A stretch of 64,000 nt of DNA from an uncultured Actinomycetes bacterium (GTDB lineage: Bacteria > Actinomycetota > Coriobacteriia > Anaerosomatales > CAMTYE01), in contig CAMTYE010000001.1 in assembly GCA_947085935.1 (NCBI GenBank), forward strand, positions 40,878-104,877, in the 5' to 3' direction. Below the pieces are notes generated by a model. It saw only the letters and a list, made by a program, of their open reading frames with translations, was not told where the DNA came from and searched no databases. Below, in pieces: positions 30,664 to 39,425 of this stretch (position 1 is its first letter; each line of letters opens with the position of its first letter). Made by a program: the position numbers and the translations under genes.

Positions 30664-31440
30664 CTATGTGCTCCACTCGTCCCAGCCATCGTCGAGCATC
30701 GGCCGGGGAGCCGTGCGAACCGCGAGTCCCAGCGTGAGGCGCACCATCGCTTCGACGACCAGACTTGCCGAGCGGTGCGCCGCCACGCCAAGCTGGGGTG
30801 CCGGTCGATCGGCAGCCGCAACGATCTCGGGAAGCTCTCCGAGTCGGCGGGCAAGATACGCGGGTAGGTGCATGCCGATGGTGGACGCGAGGAGCCGGCC
30901 GATGTACTCGCCATCGTTCGCGGGCGGCTCGGGCCCCACCATCTCCTCGAGCGTCGCTGATTCGGGGGTGAACACCATACAGAACCCGCCCCACCCCATG
31001 TTCATGGGGAAGAGCACGGGAACGCCGGCCTCGCGCGCCGCCGCATTGAGCGCGTAGCCGACCTCGTCGAAGTCGACTGTGTTGACAACCAGATCCGCCG
31101 AGGAGACGAGTCGCCCGGCGTTGTCTGCCGTGACGCGTTCGGGAACGACGGCGATCTCGAGCTCCGGGTTGCGGGATCGCAGGATCGAGGCGAGCGCCGA
31201 GGCCTTGTTCTGGCCGACGTGCGTCAGATCGAAGGCCTGACGGTTGAGGTTGGAAGGCTCGACGATGTCGTGGTCGCACAGCGTGAACCGCGTGAACCCG
31301 GTCTGACAGGCGAGCGAGGCGATGGTGCTCCCGAGTCCACAGCCCGCGAGCAGGATGCGGGCGTGCCGAATCCGCTCTTGCTCCGGAGTCGAGATGAACG
31401 CCCAGTTGCGGGATGTCAGCTCGGCGTAGGCGTCTTCCAA
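30664..31440 (-). CDS. ThiF/E1-like adenylyltransferase lacking zinc CxxC motifs
   Basis: SRN....EQ, LAGCGLGS, D.D.VE.SNLNRQ, G.NKA, PQL motif; TTG start with GAGGA RBS. Confidence 0.88.
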   Translation of the reverse strand: MEDAYAELTSRNWAFISTPEQERIRHARILLAGCGLGSTIASLACQTGFTRFTLCDHDIVEPSNLNRQAFDLTHVGQNKASALASILRSRNPELEIAVVPERVTADNAGRLVSSADLVVNTVDFDEVGYALNAAAREAGVPVLFPMNMGWGGFCMVFTPESATLEEMVGPEPPANDGEYIGRLLASTIGMHLPAYLARRLGELPEIVAAADRPAPQLGVAAHRSASLVVEAMVRLTLGLAVRTAPRPMLDDGWDEWST

Positions 31441-31618
31441 GATTGTGATCCTCTGCGATGCCGGCGTGTGTCGGGACGTGACAAGCAGGGTGCCGTACTG
31501 TATATGCCCGACGAAGAGCCGGTGTACCGCAGGGCGCGCAGTATTCGCGAAGCGAGTTTATGTCGGACCACGTCAGCACATGCGGCGAGCGTGTCCCCAC
31601 ACACCGCTGCGGCTCGGG

Positions 31619-31624
31619 TAGAAT
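31619..31624 (+). promoter_or_regulatory. -10 element giving gatB its own promoter
   Basis: TAGAAT ~100 nt upstream of gatB start. Confidence 0.45.
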
Positions 31625-31721
31625 CGTGAGCGCGCCCCGCGAGTTCCTCGCGCAGCATGGCGCCCGGGTGGAGATTCCGCTGTCCGGAACGAGCGAGAGA
31701 CGATCGAGACCGGAGGGCCCT

Positions 31722-33275
31722 GTGGCCAAGGACCGACTTCAGGAAGTGCTCGTGGACTGGGAGGCCGTCATAGGCCTTGAGATCCACACGGAGCTTACGA
31801 GCAGTGCAACGAAGATGTTCTGCGGCTGTCCGGTCGAGTTCGGGGGAGAGCCCAATACGCGGGTCTGTCCCGTCTGCCTCGGCATGCCCGGCGCACTGCC
31901 CGTGCCCAATGCAGCCGCGGTCGAGATGACCGTTCTGGCGGGTCTGGCGATCGATTGCGAGATCGCGACGTGGAGCCAGTTCCACCGCAAGCAGTACTTC
32001 TATCCCGACATGCCCAAGGACTACCAGATCTCCCAGTACGATCTGCCGTTTTGCGGGCTCGGGCACCTGGACGTCGAGGTCGACGGTCCCGGTGCGGAGC
32101 AGCGGGTGGACCGCGAAGCCGACAACCTCGAGCTCTCTGATGACGGCACCTCGTATGTCGCCCGCATCGGTGTGACGCGCATCCATCTCGAGGAGGACAC
32201 CGGCAAGATGATCCACGTCGGCGGCAGCGAGGGTCGGCTCGCGGGAGCCACACACTCGTTGGTGGACTTCAACCGCGCCGGTACCCCCTTGATCGAGCTC
32301 GTGAGCGAGCCGGACATCCGCACGCCGGAGGAAGCCCGACGGTTCGCGCAGAGCATCCGGCTCACGTGGCTGTCGCTCGGTATCTCGGACTGCAACATGG
32401 AGGAGGGCTCCATGCGGGTCGACGCCAACGTGAGCGTTCGCCGCCGGGGCGAATCTGAGCTTGGCGTCAAGGCGGAGATCAAGAACATGAACTCGTTCAA
32501 GGCGCTGCATGACGGAGTCGCTTTCGAGATCGTGCGCCAGGTCGAGCTGCTCGAAGGCGGCGGCAGCATCGTGCAGGAGACCCGACATTGGGACGCCGGC
32601 GCCAAGCGGACGAGCAGCCTTCGCAGCAAGGAAGAGGCGCACGACTACCGGTATTTCCCCGAGCCGGACATGGCCCCGTTCGAGTTCTCAGAGGAGTGGA
32701 TCGGCTCCGTTCGAGCGCGACTCCCTGAACTGCCCGCCGCACGCAAGGCGCGCTACATGCGGGAGTACGGACTCTCGGCCTACGACGCCGGGCAGCTCGC
32801 GGCCGACCTGTCGCTGGCGGAGTTCTTCGAGAGCGCGATCGCCATAGGCGGCCCGGAACGCGCCAAGGCGGTCTCGAACGTGATGCTCAACGATCTGTCC
32901 GCACACCTCAATGCCGAGGGGCGTTCGATCGAGGAGGCTCGCGTCGTCCCTTCGATGATCGTTGAGCTGGTGGTTCTGGTCGAGGAGGGGACGATATCGT
33001 CCAAGCAGGCGAAGGACGTCTTCGCCGATATGGCGGAGACCGGCGACGCGCCCGGCGCGATCGTTGAGCTCAGGGGGCTCAGGCAGGTGAGCGACGCGGG
33101 CGCGATAGAGGCGGTCGTCGACCGTGTCCTGGAGGCGAATCCGGGGCAGGTCGGCGAGTACCGCGCGGGCAAGACCGGTCTGATGGGCTTCTTTGTCGGT
33201 CAGGTGATGCGGGAGTCCGGCGGTCAGGCCAACCCGAAGGTCGTGAACGAGATACTCGCGCGCAGGCTGGGATAA
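31722..33275 (+). CDS. gatB: Asp/Glu-tRNA amidotransferase subunit B
   Basis: VIGLEIH, CPVCLGMPGALP, YFYPD.PK.YQISQ, HLEEDTGK, RSKEEAHDYRYFPEPD; GTG start after GGAGG. Confidence 0.96.
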   Translation: MAKDRLQEVLVDWEAVIGLEIHTELTSSATKMFCGCPVEFGGEPNTRVCPVCLGMPGALPVPNAAAVEMTVLAGLAIDCEIATWSQFHRKQYFYPDMPKDYQISQYDLPFCGLGHLDVEVDGPGAEQRVDREADNLELSDDGTSYVARIGVTRIHLEEDTGKMIHVGGSEGRLAGATHSLVDFNRAGTPLIELVSEPDIRTPEEARRFAQSIRLTWLSLGISDCNMEEGSMRVDANVSVRRRGESELGVKAEIKNMNSFKALHDGVAFEIVRQVELLEGGGSIVQETRHWDAGAKRTSSLRSKEEAHDYRYFPEPDMAPFEFSEEWIGSVRARLPELPAARKARYMREYGLSAYDAGQLAADLSLAEFFESAIAIGGPERAKAVSNVMLNDLSAHLNAEGRSIEEARVVPSMIVELVVLVEEGTISSKQAKDVFADMAETGDAPGAIVELRGLRQVSDAGAIEAVVDRVLEANPGQVGEYRAGKTGLMGFFVGQVMRESGGQANPKVVNEILARRLG

Positions 33276-33359
33276 TCTGCGGGCCGCTGAACGGTATTCC
33301 GGTGAACGTATGTCCGACTGGCGCGCCGGTATCGCGTCGAGATGAAGAGGAGCGCCCAT

Positions 33360-33638
33360 ATGGCTGGTTCCAACGGTCTTTCACTCAAACTCGAGGTTAC
33401 CGACATCCTTGTAGGGGGCGAGTGCCCGGTAGGCATCAAAGCCGGGCAGGTCTGGGAGATCTCTGACGGCATCGTCCCTGAGGGTATTTGCGCTGCGGCA
33501 TGGAACTCGATCCAGCCGTATGTCGTCGCTTTGCGCTACGGGGGAGTCATGCCGTGGAGCGGGAAGGCCGAGATGTCGGCGTGTTGCCCCGATCCGGCAA
33601 ACCCGGTGGTCTTCAGGATCACGGTCGCCGAGGGGTAG
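33360..33638 (+). CDS. TIGR04076-family small Cys protein
   Basis: CP....GQ......PEG.C..AW..I.PY...L..GG.......CCPD...PVVF.I pattern. Confidence 0.8.
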   Translation: MAGSNGLSLKLEVTDILVGGECPVGIKAGQVWEISDGIVPEGICAAAWNSIQPYVVALRYGGVMPWSGKAEMSACCPDPANPVVFRITVAEG

Positions 33639-33690
33639 GCGAGGCCCGTTCCGGCTCGGCCTGTGAATGCGACCGTTCGGCGCTTTGACC

Positions 33691-33718
33691 TACGTCACCG
33701 CTGGCAGAGCACCGATAC
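33691..33718 (+). promoter_or_regulatory. Putative sigma28/WhiG-type promoter
   Basis: TACG-N16-ACCGATAC, 24 nt upstream of kinase start. Confidence 0.45.
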
Positions 33719-33742
33719 GGAGCACAAAGGGGTGTTGCGGGC

Positions 33743-35209
33743 ATGCTCGAATACGCGATGGGTATCCTGTTCCTCGTGAGCGTACCGTGTCTTCCGTTCT
33801 CTCTTGACCTCTACGTCAAGAGAGGGGAGGCGCGATACCTCTACCTGCTCTCATACGGGTGGCTGGCGTACTCGCTCTCCTCGGCGTTCTACCTTCTTGC
33901 GCACATCTACGATGCCCGTCTGGTCGCGCTGTTCAGCGTGGCGCAGGTACTCGGCGTCGTGCTCCTGCTCGCCGGAGCTCTGTCGTATTTCGTTCCCATA
34001 CCCGCGAAGCGTGTGGCTGCCTGGTCGTCGCTTGCTGCTGTCGGGCTCGGCGTCATGTATTGGGCCTGGCCCTCGAGCATGCAGATCACCATCTTCGCAA
34101 ACAACATCGGAATGTTCGGCGCTGCTGCCTACGGGGTGGCGCGGCCCGCCCGCTTCAAGCAGATCGGCGGTTCGAGCTACTACTGGTTGATCGCGCTGCT
34201 GGTCGTGGGATTCGCCGCCGCTGTCAATTGGCTGGGCTACACAGACGTCGACCCGACCGCTCACATCGTGACACCGTGGGCGGGAACGACGGCGGCGACC
34301 GTCATGGCGGCGTTCTTCTTCGTGCACCTCGAGAACTCGTCGACGCTCATCAGTCTCAGGCGCCGTGAAGTGGAACTCGCACGGTACCGCGACGAGCTCG
34401 AGGAACTCGTCGACCGAAGGACGGCACAGCTCACCACGACGGTCACGAAGCTGCGCGACGCCAACCAGGAGCTCACGGTCGCCACGAGGGCGAAGGACGA
34501 CTTCCTGGCGGCGATGAGCCACGAGTTGCGTACGCCGTTGAACTCGATCCTCGGCTTCAGCGGCGTCATGCTCCAAGGCCTGGCCGGGCCTCTCAGCGAG
34601 GAGCAGGGCCGGCAGATAGCCATGATCAACACGTCCGGGAAACACCTGCTCGGCCTCGTCGAGCAGGTGCTCGACCTCACCCGCGTGGAGCGGGGCGACG
34701 TCGCATTTGAAATCACTCAGGTCGAAGCAGGGAATCTCGCGGAAACGGCCGTAGGCATCATGAGACCGCTTGCCGAGAGCAAATCGCTCGAGTTGGCGCT
34801 GAGTGTCGACCGCAGCGCGGGCCGGCTGAACACCGACGTCATGCGCGTGCAGCAGGTACTCCTGAACCTCGTGGGCAACGCCATCAAGTACACGGAGCAG
34901 GGCGGCGTCGCCCTGGCGGTCAGCGGCACGACCGACTCCGTCTGCTTCGAAGTGACGGATACCGGCATAGGCATCGCGCCGGACGATCTCGGGCACATCT
35001 TCGATGACTTCTTCCAGGCCGAACCCGAGTCGGGGGGCAAGCTCCAGGGAGCCGGGCTCGGGCTCGCCCTCTCCCGCCGTCTGGCCGAGTCCCTCGGCGG
35101 GTCCATCGCGGCCTCAAGCGACAGCAACATCGGATCGGTGTTCGTGTTGCGGGTGCCCAGGGTGGCCGCAACGCCGCTTGCCGACACGACTGCGAGGGGC
35201 GCTACCTAG
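33743..35209 (+). CDS. Membrane sensor histidine kinase (multi-TM, no receiver)
   Basis: SHELRTPLNSILGF, LVGNAIKYT, DTGIGI, GAGLGL. Confidence 0.92.
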   Translation: MLEYAMGILFLVSVPCLPFSLDLYVKRGEARYLYLLSYGWLAYSLSSAFYLLAHIYDARLVALFSVAQVLGVVLLLAGALSYFVPIPAKRVAAWSSLAAVGLGVMYWAWPSSMQITIFANNIGMFGAAAYGVARPARFKQIGGSSYYWLIALLVVGFAAAVNWLGYTDVDPTAHIVTPWAGTTAATVMAAFFFVHLENSSTLISLRRREVELARYRDELEELVDRRTAQLTTTVTKLRDANQELTVATRAKDDFLAAMSHELRTPLNSILGFSGVMLQGLAGPLSEEQGRQIAMINTSGKHLLGLVEQVLDLTRVERGDVAFEITQVEAGNLAETAVGIMRPLAESKSLELALSVDRSAGRLNTDVMRVQQVLLNLVGNAIKYTEQGGVALAVSGTTDSVCFEVTDTGIGIAPDDLGHIFDDFFQAEPESGGKLQGAGLGLALSRRLAESLGGSIAASSDSNIGSVFVLRVPRVAATPLADTTARGAT

Positions 35210-35895
35210 CGGTACCCGAGTTTCCGGGCGACCGTCCACGGCTGCCAGCCGCGGGATCCGTGCATCCGTCGGGCGACCTCGGCGTTGAAGACCGGGTTGA
35301 AGATCTTGTACTCGCCGGCCCTGGGAGCGTAGTACGTGACCAGGGGTGCCCGATACCAGCCGTGCCCCCATCCCTTCTGGGCGCCCTTCGCGTAGACGGC
35401 GATCTTGCCCCAGCCCCAGTCTGAGCTGCGCGCACCCGAGGTGCCCGGCTTGCGGTACCAGCCGTTCTCCCACCGCAGGAAGCGCCCGTTGTAGTAGGTC
35501 ATCACGGTGCCGAGGCGCCAGGGGCGCTCTGAGAGCGTGTAGTGGGCGCGGGTCTTGGGGTCTGCGAGCTCCTTCGTGGACCACCGGCCGTAGGCGGGTT
35601 TGCCGTTGTAGATCTGGAACAGCCCGGAGCAGGACGGATTGCCGTTGTTGACGGGGTTCATGCCGCTCTCACCGGCACTCACGAGAATCGCCTGGCGGAG
35701 GAGCGCCTTCTGGTTCGCGGTGGAGTACCCCCATCCTGCGCGAACGAGCGCCATCTGGACTACCCGGGCCTGAGCGGGCCTGTCGGCAACGTACTTCGTG
35801 ATGCGCGCGCTGTAGCTGCTTGCGAGGGCGGGACTGGCGATCGAGAGCGTCAGGGCCATCGCCAGAGCGATGACGGTGGTCAGTCGTGCGAGCAT
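35206..35895 (-). CDS. Secreted lysozyme/lytic transglycosylase-like protein
   Basis: Signal peptide (PALA), catalytic ES (GESGMNP), GLFQI, FNPVFNA, GWQPW. Confidence 0.75.
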   Translation of the reverse strand: MLARLTTVIALAMALTLSIASPALASSYSARITKYVADRPAQARVVQMALVRAGWGYSTANQKALLRQAILVSAGESGMNPVNNGNPSCSGLFQIYNGKPAYGRWSTKELADPKTRAHYTLSERPWRLGTVMTYYNGRFLRWENGWYRKPGTSGARSSDWGWGKIAVYAKGAQKGWGHGWYRAPLVTYYAPRAGEYKIFNPVFNAEVARRMHGSRGWQPWTVARKLGYR

Positions 35896-36105
35896 AGGGT
35901 GTCTCCTCGGACGGGTGCAGGGCTGCTGCTGCGGCCTCGGGTGCGCTGAAGCGCAAGGGTGCCTTGGTGGGCTCTGCTAAGGGAGGTGCGGCAGCGGGTG
36001 CCCGGCTCGCTTGAGCCGGGCGCGCGTCCTCGCTGACGAGGCGCGCGAGCGGTATGCCGTATCTGATGTGCCTGCGAACCGGACAGAAGCCGTCTTGTGG
36101 GCTAG

Positions 36106-36133
36106 GGTTCGGCCGTGATGCTCGGGCCGCTTG
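36106..36133 (-). promoter_or_regulatory. Putative sigma28/WhiG-type promoter
   Basis: CAAG-N16-GCCGAACC upstream of structured leader of the transglycosylase gene. Confidence 0.35.
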
Positions 36134-36239
36134 TCTCGGTCAGTGTCGCGCCGTCACTGTCGGCGCGTCGGTTCGCTGAACTCTGGCAACGAGAGCGTAT
36201 CCTAGCACCGCCCGTGCCACGATGTCGAGGCGCGTGCCC

Positions 36240-38009
36240 TCAGAACTCGAGCATGACCGCCGCCTGAAGGGCCGAGCCGGCCAGATAGGGGGCCGTTCGC
36301 ACGGTGCGGCCGAACTGAGCGATCGCCTCGCGTGCCACCTGCGCCGCCGCCGGGTCATCCGTGAGCCCGGCCAGGATGACGGCGTTCTCGGCGATGAGGG
36401 CGGCCCCCGACGGCGTCGGGGTGTCGGCCTGTTCGATGGGCACCACCGGCATCAGCCCGTCTCCGGCACTCATGACGAGCCCGTCGTCACCCGAGAAGCG
36501 CTTCAGGGCGACCGACTGGAGCTGCGCTGCGCGCTTGATGAGATCGCGCCGGTCCGCGTGAGCCACAGCCGCCAGGCAGGCCGAGGCGAGGGTGGCGTAG
36601 TCCTCGAGGAGCGTGACTCCGATGCGTGAGGGCTGACCGGGAACCCTCCAGACGTCCGAGCGTTTCGCGCTCCGGGAGAGCAGCCAGTCGAGCGTCGACA
36701 GGCCGAGCTCAGTCATGTGCCGATCATCGAATGCGTGACCGCATTCGATGAGTCCCCGGGCGGCGAGCGCGTTCCAGGCGGTGAGCGTGTTGTCGATCAG
36801 GGCGGGCTGGGCGCGTGGCGATCTCAGTTCGAGCAGACGCTCGAGCACGCGGTCGACAGCGCCCGCGTCGTGCTCTCGACCCTCGCGCCGCGTGAGCACG
36901 TTCGTCCCTTCATCCCAGTTGCCTTCCGGGGTCACCCCGAGGCTAGACTCCGCGATCCGCAGCTCCCCGGGGTCGAGAGCCGCTGCAAGCTCGTCGTGCG
37001 TCCACACGTAGGTGGCGCCCTCGACGCCCTCCGTGTCGGCGTCGAGCGATGAGAAGAACCCGCTCTCGGGTCTCGCGAGTTCGCGCTCGAGGAAGGCGAC
37101 GGTGCCGCGGGCCGCGTGTGCGTACTCCTCAGACGGTTCGAGTGTCTGGATGTGGGCCAGGAGGCTGAGCAGCTGCGCCTGGTCGTAGAGCATCTTCTCG
37201 AAGTGCGGGACGGTCCACGTGGCGTCGGTCGCGTACCGGAACAGGCCGCCACCGACGTGGTCGTAGATGCCGCCCCGAATCATGGCGAGCGTCGCACGGC
37301 GGACCGATTCGAGCGGCCACGCCTCGGCAGTGCGTGAGCCGTAGGCGAGCAGAAAGCGCAGAGCGGGTACCTGCGGGAACTTGGGCGCTCCTCCCAGGCC
37401 GCCGTTTCGTGTGTCCTCGATCGAGCGGCACGCGGCGGCCGCCGCCTCGATCTCGATCCGTGACACCGGTCCGCGCGCACCGGCTTGCATCTCGCGCAGA
37501 AACGAGGAGACCTCCTCGGCAGTTCGCATCGTCTGCTCGCGCGAGAGCGTCCAGGCGCTCATGACGGCGTCGAGCAGCTCGCGCAGTCCCGGCCTGGCCG
37601 GGTCGGGGGACCGGGGAGGGAAGTACGTGCCCCCCAGAAGCGGAACGCCCTCGGGGGTCGCGATCACCGTCAGCGGCCACCCGCCGGATCCGGTCGATGC
37701 CGACACGAATCCCTGGTACAGGGCATCGAGGTCGGGGCGCATCTCACGGTCGATCTTGATGGGCACGAACCTCGAGCTCATGAAGCCGGCGATGTCGGGG
37801 TCGCGAAACGACTCGCGTTGCATGACGTGGCACCAGTGGCAGGACTGGTAGCCGATGCTCAGTAGCAGCGGTCGTCCGGTCGCTGCTGCGTCGGCCAGGG
37901 CGGCGGGTCCCCACGGTCTCCAGGCGACGGGGTCGTGGGCGTGGCCCCGCAGGTATGCGGATACCGAGCCCTCGAGCATGTTCGGCGTGTCGTTCGACCC
38001 TGGCTCCAT
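36240..38009 (-). CDS. Thioredoxin domain-containing protein (YyaL/SSP411, DUF255)
   Basis: YL..HA..PV.W, SIGY..CHWCHVM..ESF, GGWPLT, APKFP, PHFEKMLYD. Confidence 0.92.
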   Translation of the reverse strand: MEPGSNDTPNMLEGSVSAYLRGHAHDPVAWRPWGPAALADAAATGRPLLLSIGYQSCHWCHVMQRESFRDPDIAGFMSSRFVPIKIDREMRPDLDALYQGFVSASTGSGGWPLTVIATPEGVPLLGGTYFPPRSPDPARPGLRELLDAVMSAWTLSREQTMRTAEEVSSFLREMQAGARGPVSRIEIEAAAAACRSIEDTRNGGLGGAPKFPQVPALRFLLAYGSRTAEAWPLESVRRATLAMIRGGIYDHVGGGLFRYATDATWTVPHFEKMLYDQAQLLSLLAHIQTLEPSEEYAHAARGTVAFLERELARPESGFFSSLDADTEGVEGATYVWTHDELAAALDPGELRIAESSLGVTPEGNWDEGTNVLTRREGREHDAGAVDRVLERLLELRSPRAQPALIDNTLTAWNALAARGLIECGHAFDDRHMTELGLSTLDWLLSRSAKRSDVWRVPGQPSRIGVTLLEDYATLASACLAAVAHADRRDLIKRAAQLQSVALKRFSGDDGLVMSAGDGLMPVVPIEQADTPTPSGAALIAENAVILAGLTDDPAAAQVAREAIAQFGRTVRTAPYLAGSALQAAVMLEF

Positions 38010-38113
38010 GCGGTGCCCCTTTCCGGACGCAGTGAGCACTGCCGAGGAGTGTACCCGCAAGTCGGCGGGCGCATGCGATGTGCGAGCGCACCACCACGCC
38101 TGCCGCGTGCGTG

Positions 38114-39373
38114 TCAGCGGTTCGGCGAGATCGGCTCGTCGGCCATGCGGATGCCCTGAACATCGCCGTCGCCGGCGCCGACGCGACCGATGAGCCGGTC
38201 GACCGCACGTGCCTCGGGGATCATGAGCACGGCGAACACGGCAGCGAGCAGGCCGCCGGCGATCATCACGGGCTGAACCCCGAATGCTGCTGCGAGTGCC
38301 GGTGCGAATGCCAGAGGCACGAGTTCGCCGGCGGAGCGGTGGACCTCGGCGGTCCCGATCACGCGTCCGACCAGGGCGTGCGGCGTGTCACGATGAATGA
38401 GCGTCCGCAGCGTCGGCTCCATGACGCCGATGACCATCGCCCAGAGCACTGCTCCGATGCCGATGATCCACAGGTCAGTGGAGCCGACGTACAGGACCGT
38501 GCCGAGGCCGACGAGACCGACGAGCAGCGCGAGCCCCCGTGCCGAGAGCACCTGTGCGGGGAGGCGCGGCAGGAGCGACGCGCCGATCACGAACCCGACT
38601 CCGAACAGCGAGTTCATGTAGCCGAGCGTCTCGACGCTCGCCCCGACCACATCGCGGAAGAAGAGCGGTTCGAGCGCGCCGAACGCGCCGAATGCCATCC
38701 AGACGAGCGTCCCGGCGAGAACGTACAGCCGCAGCGGTCTCAGCCGGTATACGGCCTGCAGTCCCGCCGTGAACTCGCCGATGGTCCCGCGCGAGCGTTG
38801 CGGGGCCGCCTCAGGCGGATGGGCGAGGCGCACCCCGAAGATGGCGTACACCGCCGCAAGCGACGTCACGGCGTCGAGTACGAACACCCAGTTCACGCCG
38901 GCCGTGGCGGCGAGCAGCGCACCCGCGGCGGGGCCAACGACGAAGGAGAGCGAGCCGGCCCCTTCGACCCGGGAGTTGATGCGCTTGAGGTCGCGCGGAT
39001 CGGCGGAGAGGAACGGCGCGAACGAGGCGCCTGCGGTCATCACCGGGGCGCCCGCGAACGCCCAGACTCCGACCAGCACCACGAGCGTGGTCAGGTTATC
39101 CGCGACCGCCATCGCGAGGGCCGCGGGCACGAACAGCACCTCGAAGGTGATGAGCACTCTGCGGGGCCCCCACCTGTCCACCAGAGTCCCGGCGAGAATG
39201 CTGCCGAGGATCGATGCCACCGACATCGTGAACATGATGACGGCCATCGCGGTGGCCGAGGCGTTCAGGGTGTACGCCGCCTTGCCCCAGATGCCTACGA
39301 AGAAGGCGGCCTCGCTCCCTGTCCTGGACAGGAAGCGAGCGGCCACGACGCGATAGAGATCTGCTGTGCGCAC
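38114..39373 (-). CDS. MFS transporter
   Basis: ~12 TMs, motif A GTLVDRWGPRRVL; start uncertain. Confidence 0.87.
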   Translation of the reverse strand: MRTADLYRVVAARFLSRTGSEAAFFVGIWGKAAYTLNASATAMAVIMFTMSVASILGSILAGTLVDRWGPRRVLITFEVLFVPAALAMAVADNLTTLVVLVGVWAFAGAPVMTAGASFAPFLSADPRDLKRINSRVEGAGSLSFVVGPAAGALLAATAGVNWVFVLDAVTSLAAVYAIFGVRLAHPPEAAPQRSRGTIGEFTAGLQAVYRLRPLRLYVLAGTLVWMAFGAFGALEPLFFRDVVGASVETLGYMNSLFGVGFVIGASLLPRLPAQVLSARGLALLVGLVGLGTVLYVGSTDLWIIGIGAVLWAMVIGVMEPTLRTLIHRDTPHALVGRVIGTAEVHRSAGELVPLAFAPALAAAFGVQPVMIAGGLLAAVFAVLMIPEARAVDRLIGRVGAGDGDVQGIRMADEPISPNR

Positions 39374-39425
39374 GGCGCTCACCTCCCCGGAAAGCACGTG
39401 ACGGTCCGAGCGGACCGGTATTCGT

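Noticed and set aside
31496-31515. TACTGTATAT resembling half of an E. coli LexA box
   Set aside because: No symmetric second half, and it is not the actinobacterial SOS box type
30664-31721. ThiF as part of CBASS/ubiquitin-like antiphage, thiamine/molybdopterin or RiPP (MccB-like) systems
   Set aside because: No E2, JAB, CD-NTase, ThiS/MoaD, thi/moa genes, zinc motifs or convincing precursor ORF nearby
15745-31721. Integrative mobile element or prophage
   Set aside because: No integrase, transposase, phage genes or clear terminal repeats visible
35896-36105. Known c-di-AMP (ydaO) or c-di-GMP-I/II riboswitch
   Set aside because: Core consensus (GCTGAA...CAGCTAAC; GCAAA...GAAA...GACGCAAA) not found; kept only as an unknown structured leader
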